NCBI GenBank assembly: GCA_024137785.1
Contig: JAHRHZ010000101.1
Coordinates: 7,577,126 to 7,641,125 of the forward strand
Length of the DNA stretch: 64,000 nt
Direction of reading: 5' to 3'
Source of the DNA: Ginglymostoma cirratum
Taxonomy: Eukaryota
Made by a program: the position numbers and the translations under genes. Positions 27,769-41,503 of this stretch are shown here, piece after piece. The number at the start of each line of letters is the position of its first letter. Position 1 is the stretch's first letter. The notes beneath the pieces were generated by a model that had not been told where the DNA came from, did no database searches, and was given only the letters and a program-made list of their open reading frames with translations.

Positions 27769-29027
27769 AAGAATATTAGAACGTCTTTTGTAATGCATAG
27801 GAGACTGTTACTTTTATGAATAACCCAGGCACTAGGGAGTTAATTAACAGCTTTTATGTTTAGCTCTTAAGTAATTGACTATTACGTGCAAGCAAATTAG
27901 TGCATCTACTGCTGGGATCTTATTGTTGTTGTGATGGAGTTAAATATTTTCCAACAGACCTAATTTGTTTCTAAAATCAAATCTCAGGATTATACCATGA
28001 TACATGTCACATGTCCTCCTGAAAATTAACAGTGAAAATGGGTGCTGTATAGGAGCAACTGTGGTGCTTAAACTCCTCGGGCTCACTTCAATTGTTCTTT
28101 ATAAGGTATAACACAGGACTCATATTATGGTCAGATAGGCAAATGTAATCAACTCCTCAAATTTCACCAGGACTGCATCCCTGTGATCATGGCTCAAGCG
28201 AATGTGGCAAAATATTTTTGAAACTGTACATTCACTTTTCAGTTGTCTCTGTTCACTGTGACAAGGTCCAGTTACGTGCAATTAACTTCTCTGAGTTGAG
28301 GGTTAGTTTTTTTTTTCACCAAGCTTTCCAATGTTCATTTGTGCACATCACAGATACTATTTTGGGAGAAGGTCATAACACGTGAGAAAGGTCCAGTTTG
28401 CATATATCACCTCGTTTAAGAGCCTTTTTTCATAATATATCTGGTCAGCATCTTTATTACATTCACTGTGACCAGTTTATGGTTACCAGATGTAGAAACA
28501 TGCGTACTTCAGCAGAGCTACATTTTTTGTGCACCGTTTCAAATCACTGCATCAGATAGTCATAGTAAGAATGATGTTAGCAAATGTAATCATTTGAAGA
28601 CAAAGAAATATAATATAAATGAGGATTTAAGCACAAAAATTGGTTTGCAGAGCTTGGTGAAGTGATAATTTGAAGTTGATTGTTTTTAATGAATTGAAGG
28701 GTACTGATTTGGAAATTGTTGCTAATTTTCACAGTGAACTCTGGTACAAACAACTATGTCAAAATTAGATCTGGAATTGTATTAAATAACCCTTTAGATC
28801 TATGGAGACAAAGGAGGGGTTTATGATAATGTAATAGGCCTATGTAAATATGGCATGGACTCACTAACCCAAATACACCTCCTCACCTCCACATCATCAA
28901 TTATTTTTCTTCCATCATCTTTAATTGCTGGGATTCAATAACCTAATTGCTTCATTTCTCAAACACCTGGGGTTTTGGAACTCCAATTGGCTGATCATGC
29001 CTTGTCATGGACAAGTTGATAATCTTC

Positions 29028-29350
29028 TTTTTATTCACTCACAGAATGTGAGTGTCCCTAGTTAAGGCAGCGTTTATTGCTCATACCTAGTTTCCCATAG
29101 GAAAGTTAAGAGTCAACGGCATTGTTGTTAGGCTGGTGAGATGTAGGTCAGATGAGGTAAGGATGACAGATTTCATTCCCTAAATGTGTGAACCAGATGG
29201 GCTTTGTTTTACACAATTGAAATTGTTTTCTGTTTCGATTCTTTGTTGCATTAAAATTCCACCATCTTCCACTGTGGGATCTGAACCCGGGTCCCCATAA
29301 TCGTAACAGAGTTTCTGGTTTAATAGCCTACTGATTATACCACTAACTTG
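29028..29350 (-). mobile_element. SacSINE/DeuSINE-like element
   Basis: Reverse complement resembles 5377-5790. Confidence 0.6.
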
Positions 29351-29609
29351 TGGTCTTCCCAAATATGGAAGATCGTTTGTATATGGGTTACTTTGAAAGT
29401 CAAAATGCGCAAATGTCTGGGGGAAATGAATAGTTTTATTAACGGAGGAAATTGAAATGCAATGTGGTTTAAGCATCATGGTGCAGTTTATAAGAAATTG
29501 CAGCATTGCAAGTATTACATTGGGATACTCTGGTAAATTTTAAGAATGAATCAATTAGTCAATTGGTCGATGACACAAGACTTTATTAAATGCGATAGAC
29601 AAACAGGAG

Positions 29610-30510
29610 ACTAGAAGAACACAATAATCCAAGCAGCATCTGGAGGGATGGAGAAGTCAAAGTTTCAGGTATTACCCTTCTTCAGAATTGGATGTGTGAG
29701 TAGGGGGAGCTGTAGATAAAGAGTGGTGATATGTGGACACTGGTAGTAGGTATGACCTGGTTGGAAGATGGGAGGGAAGAATCTGGTTGGTGGCCAGAAA
29801 GGAGGGTCAGAAGGCGGAATGGAAGGGAGGAGATAAGGCTGGAAAGGGAGCTGTGGAATGGGTGGGCAGGTTATCTGAAATTGGAGAATTCAGTGTTGTA
29901 TCATCTGGGCTGCAGGGTGCCCAGGTGGAAGATAAGGTGTTGTTCTTCACATTTGCATTCTGAGCCAGTACAACACTGGAGGAGGCCAAGGATGGTCATG
30001 TTGGAGCCCACTCCGGGGAGGTGGGAAATTTGAAATTGAAGTAGGCAGTGACCAGGTGGCTAGGCTGGCCAATACTGGCCAGGTGAAGGTGCTCAGTAAA
30101 ATGGTCACCTCGTCTACATTTGATCTCATCAACGTAGAGGAGACCACACCAGAGCTCCAGATACATTAGACTAGGTTGGAGAAGATGCAGGTGAAGTTCT
30201 GTCTCACCTGGAAAGACTGTTTTGGGCCCTGGATGGAGGTGAGAGAGGTGGTGTGTGGCAGGTATTGCAGCTTTTACATTTACAGAGGAAGGTACTGGGC
30301 AGGTTGGAGTGGTTGGTGGGGAGTGTAGCATGAACTAAGGAGTGGTGAACTGAATGTTCCTTGCAGATGGCCAAGAGGGGTGGGGAGTAGAAGATGTTCC
30401 TGGTGGTTGTGTTTAATTAGAGTTGGCCAAAGTGTCTGAGGATGCTATCTTGGATGTGGAGGCTGGTGGGATAGAAAGTTAGGACAAATGGGACCCTACC
30501 TTTATTATGT
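29610..30510 (-). mobile_element. Older Penelope-like element, endonuclease region
   Basis: CGLLYVDEIKCRRGDHFTEHL similar to the 50.3 kb copy; degenerate. Confidence 0.7.
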
Positions 30511-32761
30511 TTGGATGTTATTAAATGAGGTTAGGCACTTTATTAGTGGGCTGGGTGCTGGTATGTAGGAGGTTTAGGGGTTCTTAAAGGGTACTGGGTA
30601 AATTCTCTTAAGTGTTGTGTGTATATTGTTAGTAATAACAAAAATGGAGTAGTATATGGGAGTAACAGGGCAGTCCTTTAAGAGATTAGTATAATTTTTA
30701 GATGCTCTGGGTAATTGATAACATGCAGCTTGGTAGTCATATTAGAAAATGTAAGCTTGCAGGTGGGGCATGGGGAATGAGCTTGGGGATGTGCAAATGA
30801 AGAGTGGGGGTAATCCATGGCAAAGCATGTGGAGAAGGCATCTAAAAAATTAGAGGAATAAATTGGTAGGAGTACTTAGTTAATTCATTAGACGAAGTAA
30901 CTTAAATTATAGTATATTCTGCATCCTTTATAGTACATCTTTTGCTTAATATATAAGACGTCCTCAGGACAGTGAACTAAAGCTGCATCTAACTCACTTT
31001 CTGCCATCTCTTGGAATTTTTGACATAGCTTATGAGGAGAGAGAGGATTACTTCATAATTAATGTGTTATGTACATTCTGTGTTAAAATTTGATAAGGCA
31101 GTATAGTGCTGAAGGAGCAACAACAAATGTTGCCAGTTTTACATAATGAAGATCGATTGAAGAGATTAATCTTTACTTATATTTAAAAGGCGGATATGTC
31201 ACATTCTTGACATGTTTATGATTCTCAGGATATTTCACACAGTGGATTTAGTATGGATACATTGTTTTAGGACTCTTTCATTGTATATGAGATTGACTGG
31301 CTCTTCCAAACTTTTTTTTCTAAATCACACTTACTGTTGACAAATTGGAGCTGATCTGTCATCTTCATCAGCAGCAGACCAGAGGAGCTGCTATGCCCTC
31401 TGTTGTACAGAAAGTAGTCCCAGGGTTGTGATCTACCATCAGCAAAGAAATGGCGCTACAGTGAAAAGATCATATGCTGTGAAAATTGAAGAGGCACTTG
31501 GTGGTGTTCCGACGAATCTGCTCCGCTATGCGTTCTGGATGGTAGAAGTCGCAAGATTGGCAGCTGCTGTTCAAAAAAGCTTGGTGAGTATCTGCAACTC
31601 ATTTTATGGACAGTAATCACTTCTGTCACTGTGTATCTGAGTTGGAAGAACTAAGTCTTGAAGCTATTGAATACGGTTCTAATCAATTTCGAAAGCACTT
31701 TCCTGAATGACGCAGACATTCTTTCATCTCAAAACTGATCTCATTGATTGTTGCAGCATGCTGGATGGCCTAAATGGTCCGGTCCTGCTCAAAAGCTCTG
31801 CGTTCCCACCCCACTAGGAATGTTTGATAGTGTCTTGAATAACAGAATACATCCAAGCTGTTCTTCTTGGTTTCGGTCAATGTAGTTAAGAGAAGACTCG
31901 ACAACAGCAGTTCGCTGTTGAACATTTATTGAGTAAAAATAAAAGATGGAAGACGAAGGAAAAATAAAAGACTGGACTATGAACATTTACTAAGTAATAA
32001 ATGAAGACGAAAAAGGAAGGGAAGGAAAGCAATGAGCCTTATGACTTCCAGCACCTCGGGGAACCGTCATTCGACGGCTGGTCTGGAGGGTTAAGTTTCT
32101 TGCTGGCCCAGTTTGCAATTCTGTCTGAGATGAATTCCAACGATTCGGGACGAAGCTCTCACTCTAATGCAGTGTAACAAGCAACCAGTAATGAAAAACA
32201 AATACAGAGAACATTCCTGATAGTGCCGTCTTCCACAAGTGCGGGAATGTTCTCAGGATTCATTCAAAGTCATGCAGCTGTCGAATATCATCAACAATTG
32301 TTGTCCTTCTGCCCATCCTATTACAGATAGAGACAGAGGGTTATTGGCTTTGTCTCTAACTACCGATGCACGGACATTGGGATTCTTATTGTAACTCTGT
32401 CAATGAAGTTTGCATCTTTAATGTCTCGTCCTTTATCTAACAGTTTCGCCAGCTTTTAGAATGACCTGATATATGTCCGTGAGAGGAAGGAGTATTAGTG
32501 AAATCACTGAACTGTGCAATCTTGTGCATCGGAGTTTTTGATTTAAGAATATATTATCTAGAAGTAATGTTCGAAGGCTGATGAGGGCAGTGCAGTGACG
32601 ACTTCATGTAACGAGTTTGGATTAAAACAAAATCAAAGCCCAGGAATTGAGAAAATACTTGTTTTTAAACGGAAGAGGAAATGCAGAACGGATAATTGAG
32701 CTTTGATGATGGGCTTTGAGGAAGGAATGCAGCGAAATCGAAGCTCACTTTCAATTGAAGA

Positions 32762-32767
32762 TTTATT
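32762..32767 (-). terminator. Candidate membrane-form poly(A) signal AATAAA
   Basis: TTTATT on + strand about 380 nt past the TM2 stop. Confidence 0.55.
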
Positions 32768-33148
32768 AACAATTTCAGAGACAATTCACAGAATTCACAG
32801 AAAGTTTGAGAACATAATACACGGGCTGTGAGCTGCAAAATGTATGTACAGTTTTACAAATGACCAAAAATAAAGCAGCAGGACAAAATAAAGTGAACGG
32901 AACAATTCTGGATTTTTTTTAAAAAAGTGAATGTTATGCATATTGGGGAAATTATAAGCGCAATTAAATTATAGCGGTAATTATGTTTTGCAAATTTCAA
33001 ACAGAAAAACCGTAAGCTGCCTTCATGACTGTCTCCGTTACAGACTTGGAAACTACTTTGCATTTCGACTAACCAGAATTTCAAATCCGTAATGCAGAAA
33101 CCGTAATAGATAGCTGCAGAAGGTTTACAGCATCTGAAACTGAACCGA

Positions 33149-33157
33149 TCATTGGAC
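33149..33157 (-). CDS. IgM1gj: IgH TM2 exon (VQ-stop)
   Basis: Strong acceptor CCCTTTTTTTTCAG at 33158, then GTC CAA TGA, after a 139-nt intron. Gives cytoplasmic tail KVQ (cf. KVK). Confidence 0.8.
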   Translation of the reverse strand, partial: VQ

Positions 33158-33296
33158 CTGAAAAAAAAGGGATAAAATATTGAAGGGTCTACTTATGACC
33201 GAGAATATCTATGTTTCACACTTTAATGAACAAAACATTTACTAAATGCCCAAACAGTTTATCAGGTTGAAATGTGAATGGGCTAACTCTCCTCAC

Positions 33297-33421
33297 CTTC
33301 ACCAGAGTGACAGCCGCGCTGTAAAAAATGGTCAGGATGAACAGGGTGGTGAAAGTAGAAGCGGTTTTCGAAATGTTGTCATCGCCTTCATAGCCTTCAA
33401 TCCAGGGGTGATCTGCAGAAT
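33297..33421 (-). CDS. IgM1gj: IgH transmembrane exon TM1
   Basis: Acceptor CATAG at 33422, donor AAG|GTGAG at 33296, 125 nt, phase 1-0. (D)SADHPWIEGYEGDDNISKTASTFTTLFILTIFYSAAVTLVK, with the TASTF..LF.L..FYS..VTL membrane-mu motif. Confidence 0.92.
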
Positions 33422-33994
33422 CTATGACATATACGAGAGCAGATATATTTATATCGTTTATTCATCAATGCTTATTATTTTTCAATCATTTTCTTTTCGA
33501 TTTATTAAGCTATTATTAGTTAATTTAAATTTCAATATATATTTACTGCAAAATTCGCGACCTCAGCGATCTACCTATGTGAATATCTCCACAGAAAATA
33601 TATATGTGAGCACTTGACTCTGATCAGTGTTTAGATAGCGTCAGTAAACAAAAGAGCAAAATGAATTCTCATCCGTCTAAACTCAGTTTGTGATGGAAAT
33701 GTCTTTGCACATCAATGAATTAAATCACTTTCGAAGGAATAAGAATGCTTCACTGTAACTTATAGTACTGATTGGGGACAATTGTCGCAAGTCGTGTCCA
33801 TTAAAATGCATTTGAATTATATCTTTATTCTATCATTTGTGTCTGTTCTTCAAAGTTTGATTGTGAGTGCGTGAGATATTCTTGTTTTACATTACATTAT
33901 TGTTGTATTTCCACATGTGCGTAAACGTTTGCATTCATGTGCCATTGAGCATGAAGGTGTGCATTTGTCGCAGTTTGATGTATATTGCTTTCAT

Positions 33995-36130
33995 TTTTGA
34001 TTTGATTTATTCCTGTCATGTGTGCCGGGGTACAGTAAAAAATGTTGTCTTACTTGCGTTACAGGCAGATCGCACTATACAAGTGCAACACGGTAACAGA
34101 ACAGAGTGCAGGATAAGTTGGACAGCTGCTGAGAAGATGCAGCGAGTGATGAATATTAACATTTAAGAGGTTTGCTCAAAAGAGTCCTAACAGCAGAGAA
34201 GAAACTGTTCTTGAATCTGTTCCTAAGTATATTCAAACGTTTACATCTTCTACTCGATGGAAAAGGGTGGAAGAGAGTATAATCAGGGTGGGAGGAGTCC
34301 TATGTTGCTTATCCCAATGCAGCAGAAAGTATAAATGAAGATATCAAGAAGCTTTTTCCCAGAGTGGGGGACTCAATTACTAGCGGTCATGAGTTCAAAG
34401 TGAGAGGAGGAAAGTTTACCGGAGATATGCGTGGAAAGTTCTTTACGCAGAGGGTGGTGGGTGCCTGGAACACGTTGCCAGCGAAGGTGGTAGACGCAGA
34501 CACATTAGTGTCTTTTAAGATGTATCTGGACAGGTAGATGGATGGACAGGGAGCAAAGGGATACAGACCCCTAGAAAATAGACGACAGGTTTAGACAGAG
34601 GATCTCGATCAGCGCAGGCTTGGAGGGCCGAAGGGCCTGTTCCTGTGCTGTAATTTTCTTTGTTCTTTGTTTGTCAATAGATGGGTGGCTGGTTTCCGTG
34701 ATGAACTGGACTATGTTGACACTCTCTGTAATTTCCTGCAGTTTTGGGAAAAGCAGCTGCCATAGTATGCTGTGATGCATCCAGATAAGATATTTTCTGT
34801 GGTGCATCCATAAAAGTAAGGTAAATTTCTTAATGGAAGCGTCGAATTTCCTTAGCATCCTAGGGAAGTAGAGGCATCATTGTGCTTTCTTGACCACAGT
34901 TTCAACATGGTGGTCCAGAACAGATTGTTGCTGATCGTCATTCCCAGGAAATTGATGGTTTCAATCATCACCACCTCAGCACCATTGATGCCCGACAGGC
35001 TGACTTCATTCCACTTCCTAAAGTCAATGACCAGCTCCTTCGTTTTTCTGACACTGAAGGCGAGATGGTTATCCTTACACTGTGCCACTAAGCTCTACAT
35101 CTCCCTCTTGCACACCGCTTCGTTGCTGTTTGAGATCTGACCTACAAAGATGGTGTCATCAGCAAATCTGCAAGTGGAATTGGTACGGAAATTATCCATG
35201 TATTTGTGCGGGTATAGTATGAGGCTGAGTACACAGCCTTGTAGGGCACCTTTGTTGAGGATTATAGTAGAGGAGGTGTAATTGACTATCCTTTCTGACT
35301 GTGGTCAGTTGGTCAGGAAGTCAAATCTCCAGCTACAACATGGGGAGTAGAGATCTAGTGTCCAGAGTTTGAAGATGAGTTTGTTTGGAAATATAGTGTT
35401 GAAGACGGAGCTGTAGTCAATAAAGCAGGAGACTGACTTGTTTTCAAAATGTTCCTGGGATGTGTGTAGGGGCAGGAAGAGGGTATCTGCCATGGAGCTG
35501 CTGCTTCCATAGGTGAACTGCACGGAATCAAGACAATCCGGAAGGTTGGAGTTGATGTGAGCCATGACAAACCTCTCAAGGCACTTTCTAATTATGGATG
35601 TCTGACTCACCAGATGTTAGTCATTGAGGCATGCTGCAGAATTTTTGCTTGGCACGAGACTGGTAGTGATCTTCTTGAAGCAAGTGGGAACTTCAGATCG
35701 TCATAAAGAGAGGACTGTGATGTCTGTGAATACTCCTGTCATCTGGTCTATGCGGATCTGAGTGCATTGGCCAGGGACACCATCCGGGTCTTTCGCTTTC
35801 TATGGGTTCACTCTTAAGAAGAACTACCTAATGTCTGCAGTGGTGATTGTGGGTACGGGTACATCCTCGGGTTTTGGGACAGATAACGCCATTTCAATCT
35901 CCTTCTGTTCAACTCGAGCACAGAACGCATTGAGCTCATCAGCCGGTTGGGGGAGGGGGGTAAGTGGGAAGGGTGCAGTGTGATGGGTAGAGATGTACTG
36001 TTGTCTGCCATTCTGTTCGACATCACTTTGTAGCCCGTTATACCATGTAAACCTTACCACAAACGGTAGGTGATCATATGTTTAGTCTGGGTATCAAGCT
36101 TAGTTTGGTATTGCCTCTTGGCGTACCTGG
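33995..36130 (-). mobile_element. Rex1/Babar-type LINE with a nested CR1 3' end (plus, about 34345-34670)
   Basis: KCLERFVMAHINSNLPDCLDSVQF, FIDYSSVFNTI, DNHLAFSVRKTKELVIDFRK. Confidence 0.8.
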
Positions 36131-36619
36131 GATAATGTCACTAGGCACAGGAAAGCACAATGCCGCACTAAAGACATAACAACAAAAGTCGAAGTCACTC
36201 CGGCAAGCGCTTCAATTTCAATTCAATCAATAAATATTCGACTGTAAAGAAGTCTTAATATTGGTGACAGCTATTCGTAAATTCTGTTTGTCAAAATTTG
36301 CCTATCTTTCAAGTGTATATCAATTGTCTTTATGCCTACGTTTTTGAATGAAAATGTAAAAAAAAACAGTAACACACGTTTTTACAAGTGTATTAAAAGG
36401 AAACGAGTAGATAAAATGAGTAGTGCTTCTCTGGATAATGAACATGCGAACTAATAGCACATAATAAGGATGTAGTGAATGAAATATACACAAACAAATC
36501 TAGCTTTTCTGTAGATAGTACAAGAAACAGTCATCTGAAAACAGAAATTCGAGACGTGTAACAAGCAGATAATTTTGTTGACCGTGAACGCACCAGTAAA
36601 GTGGAACTAAGAAAATGGA

Positions 36620-39600
36620 CAGAACTATTGGTGCTGACAAGACTTGGACTTCATGGCCCTCATGTTATAATCTTAAAAGAAGTGGCTGCTGTGGTGCAAG
36701 ATACGGCTGCAGTAACTTTCTAAAATGCCCTGAGTCAGGAACGCTTCCATTATTCTGGAAAATAGCAAACATAACCCATACGAATATAAGATCATAAGGT
36801 GTAGAAGCGGAATTAGGTCAATCCATCCTTCATGCTGTTTTGCCGTGTAATCATTGCTGATATCTTTCTCAAACCATATAACACCTGATTCACATACTGA
36901 TCAAGAAAATTTCATATCTGTCACCCCGGTTCTCAAAAAAAGGAGAGTCTGAAAACAGCAACCATAGACCAATTATTTTGCTCTCTGTCTTGTGGAACAT
37001 TTCAGCATCAAACGAAAAGGTTTCATTGGACACTTAGAACTTGATAATTTGGTTATCTTCTTTTCGGGAATAAGATGTGTCGGGTTATTGGGGTGCTGGT
37101 GGCTGTACAATGCTTGGATTTCTGGAAGATATTTGAGAAGCTGCCACATCAATGTATAATGCAGAAAATAAATGCTTATGATGAAAGAGTGACCTATGAA
37201 TGTGAATAGAATATTGGACTGATAGGCAGAAAAGAGGATAATGTACAAATTATACTTTGCTTGATTGGCAGGATATGAAGGTGGAGTACGTATTGAATTG
37301 TGATTGGGCCTCAACATTTTTTAAATAATTATGTCAATGACAAATTGAGAGAGAGAACATAGAACATAGACCAATACAGCGCAGAACAGGCCCTTCGGCC
37401 GTCGATGTTGCGCCGCCCTGTGAACTAATATAAGCCCATCCCCCTACACTATCCCATCATCATCCATATGCTTATCCAAGGACTGTTTAAATGCCCCTAT
37501 GTGGCTGAGTTAACTACATTGGCAGGCAGGGCATTCCACGCCCTTACCACTCTCTGAGTAAAGAACCTGCCTCTGATATCTGTCTTAAATCTATCACCCC
37601 TCAATTTGCAGCTATGCCCCTCGTACTAGCCGACGTCATCATCCTAGGAAAAAGACTCTCACTGTCCACCCTATCTAATCCTCTGATCATTTTGTAGGTC
37701 TCTATTAAATCCCCTCTTAGCCTTCTTCTCTCCAATGAGAACAGACCCAAATATGAAAACAGACCCAAAGAGGAGGCGTGATAAGTAATATTGCAGAACG
37801 CAGGACCACAATGAAGAAATTACGATGTCAAGAAGTCAAGGAGTTTGCAACCCTCTCTAGATAGTCGGTACAATTAGTGTCCAAGAGTCACACAGTACGG
37901 AAACAAACCCTTGATCCAACTCGTCCATTCCGATCAGGTACCTGAAACTGAATTGACTGCATTTAGCTTGCATCCCCTTAAACCTTTCTTATACATGTAC
38001 CTGTCAAGATATCTTTTAATTGTAATTTTACCCACCTGTACCACTTCCTCTGCCAGGTCGTTCCATAAACACAGCAACTTCAATGTGAAAAAATAATGCC
38101 CCTCCAGCCCCTTTTAAACCTTTCCCCTCTTTTCTTAAAGCACTGCCCTCTAGTTTTGTACTCCACTACCCTGGGAAAATGACATTGACTGTTCATCTTA
38201 TCCATGTCCATCATAATTTTATAAACCTGTGTAAGGTCACCTGTCAGCTTCGGGAGTTCCAGGGTAAAAATAAGGTCCCAGGCTATCCAGGCTCTCCTTT
38301 TTAACGCAAACCCTTCAGCCCTGGCAATATCGTTGTAATTTTTCTTTTCTGCTCCCTTTCCAAGTTAACAACATCCTTCCTGTAGCAAGGCGATCAGAAT
38401 TGCATATGCTATTCTAAAAGTGACCTCATCAATGTCTCTTCAGCCGCAATATGAACCGCCAACTCCTCTACTCAATGCTCTGACAAATAAAGGCGTGTGA
38501 CAAATGCCTTTGTTACCACCCTGATTACCTGCGATGCCCCTTTCAAGGAACTGTATACCTGAACACTTAGGTCTCTCAGTTCAACAACACTCCTCGGGGC
38601 CCTATCATTAACTGTTTAAATCGTGTCCTACTTTGTCTTATCAAAAACACAACATTGTGCATTTATGTAAGTTAAACTTAATCTGTAAACCACGGCCCAT
38701 CGGCCTAACTGATCAAAATAGTGTTGCTCCCTCAGATAATGTTCTTCACTGTTCACCATGTCAGCAATTTTGGTGTCATCCGCGAACTTACTAACCAAGC
38801 CTCCTTTATTCGCATCCCAATCATTTATATAAGTGACGAGTGACAGAGGACCCAGCAGTGATCCTTGTGGCATACCGCTTGTCACAGGTCTCCATTCCGA
38901 ATAGTAAACCTCAACCACCACCCTCAGTCTCCTACCGTCAAGCCAAACTTGAACGAAATTGGCTAGCTCCCTCTTGGATCCCATATGGATCTAACGTCAC
39001 TAACCAGTTTACCATGCTGGACCTTTTTGAATGCCTTCCTAAAGTCCATTAGACAACATCTACCACTCTGCCTTCATCAATCTTCTTCACCACTTCTTCA
39101 GAAAAGTTTCAGTCAAGTTTGTGAAACATAATTTCCCACACACAAAGCTACACTGACTATCCCTAACCAGTTCTTGCATTTCTAAATGCATGTAAATCCT
39201 GTCCTTCAGGATCTCCTCGCACAACTTATCCACAGTTGACGTCAGACTCACTGATCTATAGTTCCCTGCCATGTTCCTTGCAGACTTCGTTAAATAACAG
39301 CACAACATTAGCCACCCTACAGTCTTCCAGCAACTTACCCATAGGTGTCGGTACAAAAATGTCTACAAGGGGCCCACAGACTCTCCACTGCGTTTCCACA
39401 ATGTTTAGGAATACACCTCATCAGGTCTCTTGGATTTGTCTGCCTTTGTAGATTTTAAGATTTCCAGCATCTACTTTTCTGTAACGTGGACTCTTTTCAA
39501 GACATCACTATTTATTTTCCCAAGTTTCCTAGCTTCCATATCTTTCTCCACTGTAAATACTGGTGGGAAATACTTATTTAGTATCTCAACTATCTCCTGT

Positions 39601-40860
39601 GATTCCATACATAAACGGCTTCGTTGATCTCTAAAGGGCCCCATTATCTCCGTAGTAACATTTTTTGCACTTCATGTACTTGTCGAATCACTTTGGATTC
39701 TCTTTCACCTTATTTGCAAAAGCTAACTCATATCCCCTTTCTGCCCTTCTGATTGCCTTCTTAAGTGTACTCTTACTCCCACTATACTCCACCAGGGAAT
39801 CACTTGATCCCAGCAGCAGGAATCTGACATATCCCGCCTCCATTTCCTTGACCACAGGTTCAATGTCTCTTGTCAACCAGCGTTCTGTATAACTACAAGC
39901 CTTGTCTGTCACACTAACAAGAACATATTGTCTCTGAACACCTGTTATCTCACTTTTAAAAGCTTCCCACTTGTCAGCAGTCCCTTTACCTGTGAACAGC
40001 CTCCCTCAATAAACTTTTGAAAGTTCTTGTCTAATACTGTCAAAATTGGTTTTGCTCCAGTTTAGAATTCTAACTTTTATATCAGGCTGAAGTACGGATA
40101 AGTATGAAGTTGCACACTTTAGTATGAAGTAGGAAAACAAAGAGAAAATCAAAGGATCAAGAACTGTTGACTTCAAAGGCATAGTTGAATTCAGATTTTC
40201 AAATGTACTAGTCATAATGTTGCCGTATGCAATTAAGGTATAGAACCTACTAAACTGAATAGGGCGGCTGTCCCTTTTTAGGAGAGGAATTGAATATAAA
40301 AATAAGAATGCCATGCTTCAGTTTTACAGGCCAATGGAGAGGCCAAATTGGTCCCTCATTAAAGCAAGGATAGAACTTGTTTTGGAAACTCTTCAGTGGA
40401 GGATTGACTAATACCTGGAATAATGGCTTGTCCCATGATATTAGATTGGATAATTTGGGATTATTTATCATGAACCACAACAGATTAAGGGTTGACGTTG
40501 TTATATTTATGAGATCTTGAGCTGTCATTGCAAGATGAACTTGGTAAGGATGTGTCGCTCTTGTCGAGTCTGAAACATGAGAATCGACTTAAAAGTGAAA
40601 AGTGAACCAGTTGAGAGAGGTATGTGGATTTTCTCTTCTCACGGTGGTTGGTGCATTTTGGGAATACTCTGGCTCAGAAGATGCTGTATGGTGGGTTTTT
40701 TTATATTAACGTTGGTGGATAGATTCTTTTTAGGCAAATAACTAAAAGGAATGTGGAATTCGAAACACGGAACACAAAAATATCAGACAAGACTTTCATA
40801 AATGTCGGAGCAGGGTTGATGGATCGAATAGCCTAATTGACTTCTCAGCCGTAATTTCCT
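36620..40860. mobile_element. Cluster of CR1 fragments in the CH4-TM intron (largest about 37890-40080, minus)
   Basis: GNYRSVSLTSTVDK, VTSGMPQGSLLGPL, VSKFADDTKI. Confidence 0.85.
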
Positions 40861-41465
40861 TAACAGAGTTATCCACTTTTAAAATGAGTCCATCTGAGTT
40901 AATAAATCCCCCATTCCTTGGTGGGGAGGGGGAGTGGTGTTTAACAAAAATACCTTTCTGCTTCGGTTTTGGGTACTCTGTAGAGCTAATGATGAAGATT
41001 TTTGAAATTATTCTTTTCTCTCTGAAGAGGGCTCGTTGCTGCTCGTGAACGTATCTGGCTGTCAGTTCACATATCAGCGAATATGTCGCAGGAACTTAAA
41101 ACTGGCGGCAATACGATGGGATGGGCAATAAGAGAAGGAATACTGATACCTAAATGTACTTTAATACAAATTGAAAACTACTAAAGAGCCTGTTTCCACA
41201 CTGTAGGGATTCTAATAAATTTCTTTGCAGAGGGAGAAAAGTTGCTGTTGTTATTTTGCACGATCCTTCATGAATGAGCTCTATGCTGTTTCTCTTCTGG
41301 GTTTATCTGAGTGAGGAGAACTGTTCATGCAAGACCTGTGAATATCTTAATCCTAGTAAACCGGTCTAAATTTCGGAAAAACGGCGGCGGGGTGGGGAGG
41401 GAGTGCGGTGGTGGTGGTGGTGGGTAAAAGCATTTTTTGAAACGTCACAGTTGGACGATAATGTC

Positions 41466-41471
41466 TTTATT
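41466..41471 (-). terminator. Secretory poly(A) signal AATAAA
   Basis: TTTATT on + strand, 32 nt beyond the tailpiece stop. Confidence 0.8.
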
Positions 41472-41503
41472 GATTTTAATGAATGCTAAGTATAAGTGAA
41501 ATT

